A stretch of DNA of 64,000 bases from Candidatus Heimdallarchaeota archaeon (GTDB lineage: Archaea; Asgardarchaeota; Heimdallarchaeia; Heimdallarchaeales; Heimdallarchaeaceae): contig JAHLWR010000001.1 of NCBI GenBank assembly GCA_019057815.1, positions 160,001 through 224,000 of the forward strand, in the 5' to 3' direction. The stretch's first letter is position 1, and each line of letters starts with the position of its first letter. Made by a program: the position numbers and the translations under genes. The notes below the pieces were generated by a model. The model searched no databases. It worked only from the letters and a program-made list of their open reading frames with translations, and was not told where the DNA came from. This document shows positions 60,141 through 64,000 of this stretch, in pieces.

Positions 60141-61610
60141 ATGCAATGTTTTTTAAACTTTGATTGCAAAGGATACATAGAGATACAAAGAAAAGTGGTA
60201 AAAATTACAGAAGACTACCTCCTTGCAACTGAGATGCAATTAATTTATGATAATGAAAGTGGATTTGAGCCGGTTAATGGCAATTTAAGACATTGGAAGG
60301 GTGAAGTAGGTACTGTTATAGGTACTTCAATTCCAATTTTTGCAGAAATCAAAATTCCCTCAGATTTCCCTCATCAACAACCTCTTGTCTTAATCACACC
60401 TAGAGTTAATCATCCTAATATGGAAGATGATGACTCTTTAAGTTTGCGCGTTTTAGCTCAATGGAATCAGAGTATTCATATTTATCAAGTAATAAGAGAT
60501 ATTAAACAGTTATTTATTCGCGTTCCTGCAAGACCATACAAAACTAAAAAAAGAAAACAAAGAACAGAGGGACGAAAAACGAGTTTACCGATTGCTAGAA
60601 TACCCACAGCTCGAATAAAACAAGTTTCTTTGTCTCCTCAAATCGATACAAAAAAGCAGCATGATGTTGAGAAAACAGCTATAGAAGAAGATATCCTAGA
60701 ATATCAAAAACAAATTGAGAATGTTTCGAAAGAAATTGAAAAAGAAAGAACAAGATTACTTGAAAAGCAGGGTATAGCTATTCAAAGAGGTAAATTTGAG
60801 GTTGAAATATCACAAAAAGATGTTTTGAAATCAGAAGTGTATGCGGTTCAAGAAATTTTGGAAAACTTGGAAGAAAAATTTGAGGACGGAGATTTACCAG
60901 CTATCGACTTTCTTAAATTATCTAAGAAATATTCTAGAGAAAGTTATAAAGCTGAAAAGAAACTTAGTTTCATACAGACAAGCTCAAGTAGCAGGATGGA
61001 TGAAAAGATGAGTAATAAACTTGATTTAGAAGCAGAATTATATGCTTCGATTATCACACTTGATAATTTAGCTCTAAATTACGAAAATAACGAAATAGAA
61101 TCAATACCCTACAAGAAACAACTACGTTCCTTAATTAGAAATATTTTCAAAGCTCGAATTAAACTAGAAAAAATAGGATTCAAACTTGAACATTTTATTA
61201 AACAAGAAAAGTTAGATGAAAGATGTCCAAAAGGGATAGGTCATTTGAGGATGGCAGAAGGTTTAGAAACAAAAGAAGCTATTACTATTCCATTTGATTC
61301 TTTGAAAAAACTACCTTCAAAGACAGCAGATTTCGTTTCATCAGCAATAGAGCTTATAGATCTGACTAGATTAAAATCAATAGCAAGAGCAGAACTTCTT
61401 TTAGCTGATATCGAAGAAATGATACACATCCTTAATAATTTTCCATCTACACCTAAGGATTACTGGGCTCTTGAAGATATGAAAAACTGGAAAGATGTTA
61501 TTTCAAAGTACAAACCTAGTGAAGTAATTAGTGAAAAAGATTGTGAACAACTAGAATTTCAAACATCTAGATGGCTAAATGATTTTCGAAGATTATTAAA
61601 GGAATTGTAA
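60141..61610 (+). CDS. ESCRT-I-like UEV-Vps23-Vps28 fusion protein
   Basis: UBC fold (WKG, IP.DFP...P, HPN) with Ser in place of the catalytic Cys; coiled coil; Vps23 core-like LEEKFEDG..DFLK; Vps28-like AELYASIITLD...CP..; start uncertain. Confidence 0.82.
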   Translation: MQCFLNFDCKGYIEIQRKVVKITEDYLLATEMQLIYDNESGFEPVNGNLRHWKGEVGTVIGTSIPIFAEIKIPSDFPHQQPLVLITPRVNHPNMEDDDSLSLRVLAQWNQSIHIYQVIRDIKQLFIRVPARPYKTKKRKQRTEGRKTSLPIARIPTARIKQVSLSPQIDTKKQHDVEKTAIEEDILEYQKQIENVSKEIEKERTRLLEKQGIAIQRGKFEVEISQKDVLKSEVYAVQEILENLEEKFEDGDLPAIDFLKLSKKYSRESYKAEKKLSFIQTSSSSRMDEKMSNKLDLEAELYASIITLDNLALNYENNEIESIPYKKQLRSLIRNIFKARIKLEKIGFKLEHFIKQEKLDERCPKGIGHLRMAEGLETKEAITIPFDSLKKLPSKTADFVSSAIELIDLTRLKSIARAELLLADIEEMIHILNNFPSTPKDYWALEDMKNWKDVISKYKPSEVISEKDCEQLEFQTSRWLNDFRRLLKEL

Positions 61611-61674
61611 GAAAAATGAGAAAGTTTCTCTTCTCATCACACCTCACATTACAGGTTAAATCGACAATATACAG

Positions 61675-61989
61675 GTGAATTCTGTGGCTCGACAGAAATC
61701 ATTAGATACGTTATTTGTGAATATTAGAAAAACGCTATTCGAACTAATAAACATGATTGAGATCAAAATAGATGTAGGATACATTTTAGAGGAAATTGAG
61801 GAAGTTAAGCATCAAATAGTAAAACTTGGTGGGGGGAGAAACGAGCTAATAAACGACATCGAAAAGACAAACATAGCATTATATAGGAAATATGAAAGCA
61901 AACTAGCTTCATTTATTCCAAAAAAGGAAGCATATAATTTAATCAACAAAATTGAAAATTGGCTAAAAGAATTACTGCAACTAGTGTGA
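61675..61989 (+). CDS. hypothetical four-helix protein within the ESCRT cluster
   Basis: 104-aa helical ORF co-oriented with the ESCRT-I and Vps22 genes. Confidence 0.6.
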   Translation: MNSVARQKSLDTLFVNIRKTLFELINMIEIKIDVGYILEEIEEVKHQIVKLGGGRNELINDIEKTNIALYRKYESKLASFIPKKEAYNLINKIENWLKELLQLV

Positions 61990-62082
61990 TATGTTGATTT
62001 TCTAGAGTGAAATAGTTATTAGAAGATACTTCTTTTGTTTCAAATTAGCTAACTATAAATAACTATACTATATATACACTAT

Positions 62083-62817
62083 TTGGAGATTGAAGTGGGT
62101 CTACGCGATATTGAGAAAAAAATCAAAATCAAATCTGCTTTTCAAGTGAAAGAAGCCGAACTAGTAATAAAAGAATTAGCGCAGATGATTGAAAATGTTA
62201 AAGATGTAAAGAAACAACTGAAAAAGTTTGAGAAAAGATATGGTAATGAAATTCAAAAAGATAAGGAGTATTATGAGAAACTATCAGGTTTAAGAAATGA
62301 GTTAGGATTGCCTACAGAAATAGGGAGATTTGAATGGAAAGAAGCCCCAACTTTCAAAGATCGTTTAACAGGAGGAGGATTTTATGATGTTCTGGCAAAC
62401 GAGGTTCTTAATATGGGTCAAAAGTTGACTCAAGAAAATGGAGGAATTATGGCAATTAGCGAATTGTTTACAAAACTCAATAAATCTAGACCAGGAAAGT
62501 TAGTTTCGATTGATGATTTATTAAGGGCTCTTGACAAATTAATTAACACTAAGCTAATTTCACCATACAAAGTTTTAGAATCAGGAGTAAAAATAGTAGA
62601 ATTCACACCAGTTGAATTTAGTCCTGATCATGATTTAATCTTAAATTATGCTTCAAGAAATGGTTATGTAACAAAAGAAGAATTATTAATGAAAACAGGA
62701 TGGACAGAACAACGTATCACTCGTTGTTTGGAATTCTTTGATGAACGTAACATATCTCGTGTCGATGCAGATTATGCAGAAGGAACAAAGTATTGGTTCC
62801 CAGGATTAGGAAGTTGA
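62083..62817 (+). CDS. ESCRT-II Vps22/Vps36-like (EAP30) protein
   Basis: VGLRDI N-terminus, FYDVLANEVL, NGGIMAISEL, VSIDDLLRAL..L, GYVT...L....GW...R, YWFPG; start may be the GTG at 62095. Confidence 0.88.
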   Translation: MEIEVGLRDIEKKIKIKSAFQVKEAELVIKELAQMIENVKDVKKQLKKFEKRYGNEIQKDKEYYEKLSGLRNELGLPTEIGRFEWKEAPTFKDRLTGGGFYDVLANEVLNMGQKLTQENGGIMAISELFTKLNKSRPGKLVSIDDLLRALDKLINTKLISPYKVLESGVKIVEFTPVEFSPDHDLILNYASRNGYVTKEELLMKTGWTEQRITRCLEFFDERNISRVDADYAEGTKYWFPGLGS

Positions 62818-62846
62818 ATCAACCCCCCGTTTTCCCCTTATATCTC

Positions 62847-63653
62847 TTAAAAAACTTTTTCTGCCTCAAATTGTACAATAGTTCTCTCCTTATTCAACCA
62901 TTTTGCAGCTCCTCTTTCCACTAGTTGATTGCAAATATCTCGCAATTCATCTGCGGGAAGAGAGGACCAAGCTTGATTATAAGTTGTTAAATCATATAAA
63001 GAATGAATTTCAATAACACGACCCGTTTCAATCATGAAATTAAGAAGATCATCTGAAAATTCTTCATTTGTTCTCCAAATTATTTTTGCACGTAATTTTT
63101 TTGTTAAAGGTTTACCTAGAAAAAGAGCAAAAAGTTGAGCAAAGAATCCTTCTTTATCTTGAATCCAATAAGAAAAATCAGATTTTTCTAAAAAGTCAAT
63201 AATGTCTCGAACTTGAACTATAGAGAGAGTTTTGTTAATTTTTTGATTCTTGAAGGGATAGAAATTGCATAAATCATTAACGTTCACTATATGGATAACT
63301 AGAATCCTTGAATAATCAAGAATCACGGCAGACCAACTATTAAGCCACGATTCTAATTGAGGAGTGCTTTTTTTTGGAGTTACATACATCCAAGGTTTGT
63401 TAACCCACTCAGGAAGATTGTCTTCAAATTCCATTATTAGAACAGCACGTTGATCTTTAGATATTTCAAGCATAGCAACTTCTTTTTCTTTTGGAAGAGT
63501 AGCTTGTAATTCATTTTTAGATACTTTCAACCCTTTAATGCTTGCTTCTATTAGTTTTAGTTTCTCTTCAGAAATAGTTTTTTCTTGTTTTAATTTGTCC
63601 AAATCTATACTTGAGAAATCATCTTCTTTAGGTTTTTTTTCCAGAGTAGACAT
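62847..63653 (-). CDS. ESCRT-II Vps25-like protein with N-terminal extension
   Basis: P.MY..P...QL.SW...W..VILDY, PF.N.KINK.L, IIWRT.EE, SLYDL, W.SLP, LVERG.A; GGTGA RBS. Confidence 0.82.
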   Translation of the reverse strand: MSTLEKKPKEDDFSSIDLDKLKQEKTISEEKLKLIEASIKGLKVSKNELQATLPKEKEVAMLEISKDQRAVLIMEFEDNLPEWVNKPWMYVTPKKSTPQLESWLNSWSAVILDYSRILVIHIVNVNDLCNFYPFKNQKINKTLSIVQVRDIIDFLEKSDFSYWIQDKEGFFAQLFALFLGKPLTKKLRAKIIWRTNEEFSDDLLNFMIETGRVIEIHSLYDLTTYNQAWSSLPADELRDICNQLVERGAAKWLNKERTIVQFEAEKVF

Positions 63654-63669
63654 TATCTTTCACCTGAAT

Positions 63670-64000
63670 TTAAGCACTACCAAATTCTTCAAACCAGTCA
63701 TCATATTGTTTAATTTCATCATCACTCACTGATGGATTAATAGTCTCAAGTGATGAAAGAAAATCTTGCTGTGTTACAGCTCTAGCTTTAATTTCTGGGT
63801 CAGTAATTGCTCCAGAGAGATCTAACTCTCTAATAGGGGTCATGATAGCATCTCTACAAATCATAGCTATATCAGCTCCAGAGTATCCATCGGTTATTTC
63901 AGCTAAAATAGAAAAATTGACGTCATCTTCAATATCTACACCTTTAGAGTTCAAATTAAAGATTGCATTTCTAGCAATTTCATCTGGAAGTGGAATATAG
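63670..64000 (-). CDS. Vps4/katanin-clade AAA ATPase, C-terminal part (runs off the window)
   Basis: YIPLPD..AR, TDGYSGADI..ICRDA.M.PIRE, DF...L..INPSVS...Y..W.EEFGS. Confidence 0.88.
   Translation of the reverse strand, partial: YIPLPDEIARNAIFNLNSKGVDIEDDVNFSILAEITDGYSGADIAMICRDAIMTPIRELDLSGAITDPEIKARAVTQQDFLSSLETINPSVSDDEIKQYDDWFEEFGSA

Noticed and set aside
60141-60540. Active E2 ubiquitin-conjugating enzyme
   Set aside because: The Cys expected after HPN is Ser (HPNMEDDDSLSL), so it was called a UEV
1-64000. tRNA, rRNA, integrase, transposase or att direct repeats bounding the island
   Set aside because: I found no GC-rich structured RNA, recombinase motifs or flanking repeats by eye; short att sites could have been missed

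Overview
AT-rich archaeal DNA, most likely an Asgard archaeon of the Heimdallarchaeia type. This is inferred from a ubiquitin/E1/UEV-Vps23-Vps28/Vps22/Vps25/Vps4 cluster, a Rab-like GTPase and GGTGA ribosome-binding sites. About 1-52 kb is an accessory region containing: pseudogene debris (fhs, DUF4145); a type I restriction-modification system with a PIN nuclease between hsdS and hsdR; four paralogous beta-helix (NosD/CASH) surface proteins; a HEPN-motif protein; a secreted clan CD (caspase/legumain-like) protease; and a tightly coupled operon of ParA/MinD, a hypothetical protein, a 2071-aa Ig-repeat membrane protein and a 4628-aa giant. That operon resembles the twin-giant-gene aloposon loci of Heimdallarchaeum, but no integrase or tRNA is visible here. 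The main new reading is that the 4628-aa giant looks like a polymorphic toxin: a beta-rich extracellular stalk, an acidic linker, a hydrophobic/pre-toxin-like region, a PD-(D/E)xK nuclease motif set and a possible AHH/HNH-like motif set, with a convergent zinc-ribbon gene as candidate immunity. A structured non-coding element and a repeated palindrome flank the upstream wHTH regulator. About 52-64 kb is core genome, ending in the ubiquitin-ESCRT cluster. All domain calls come from reading motifs by eye; no database searches were run.
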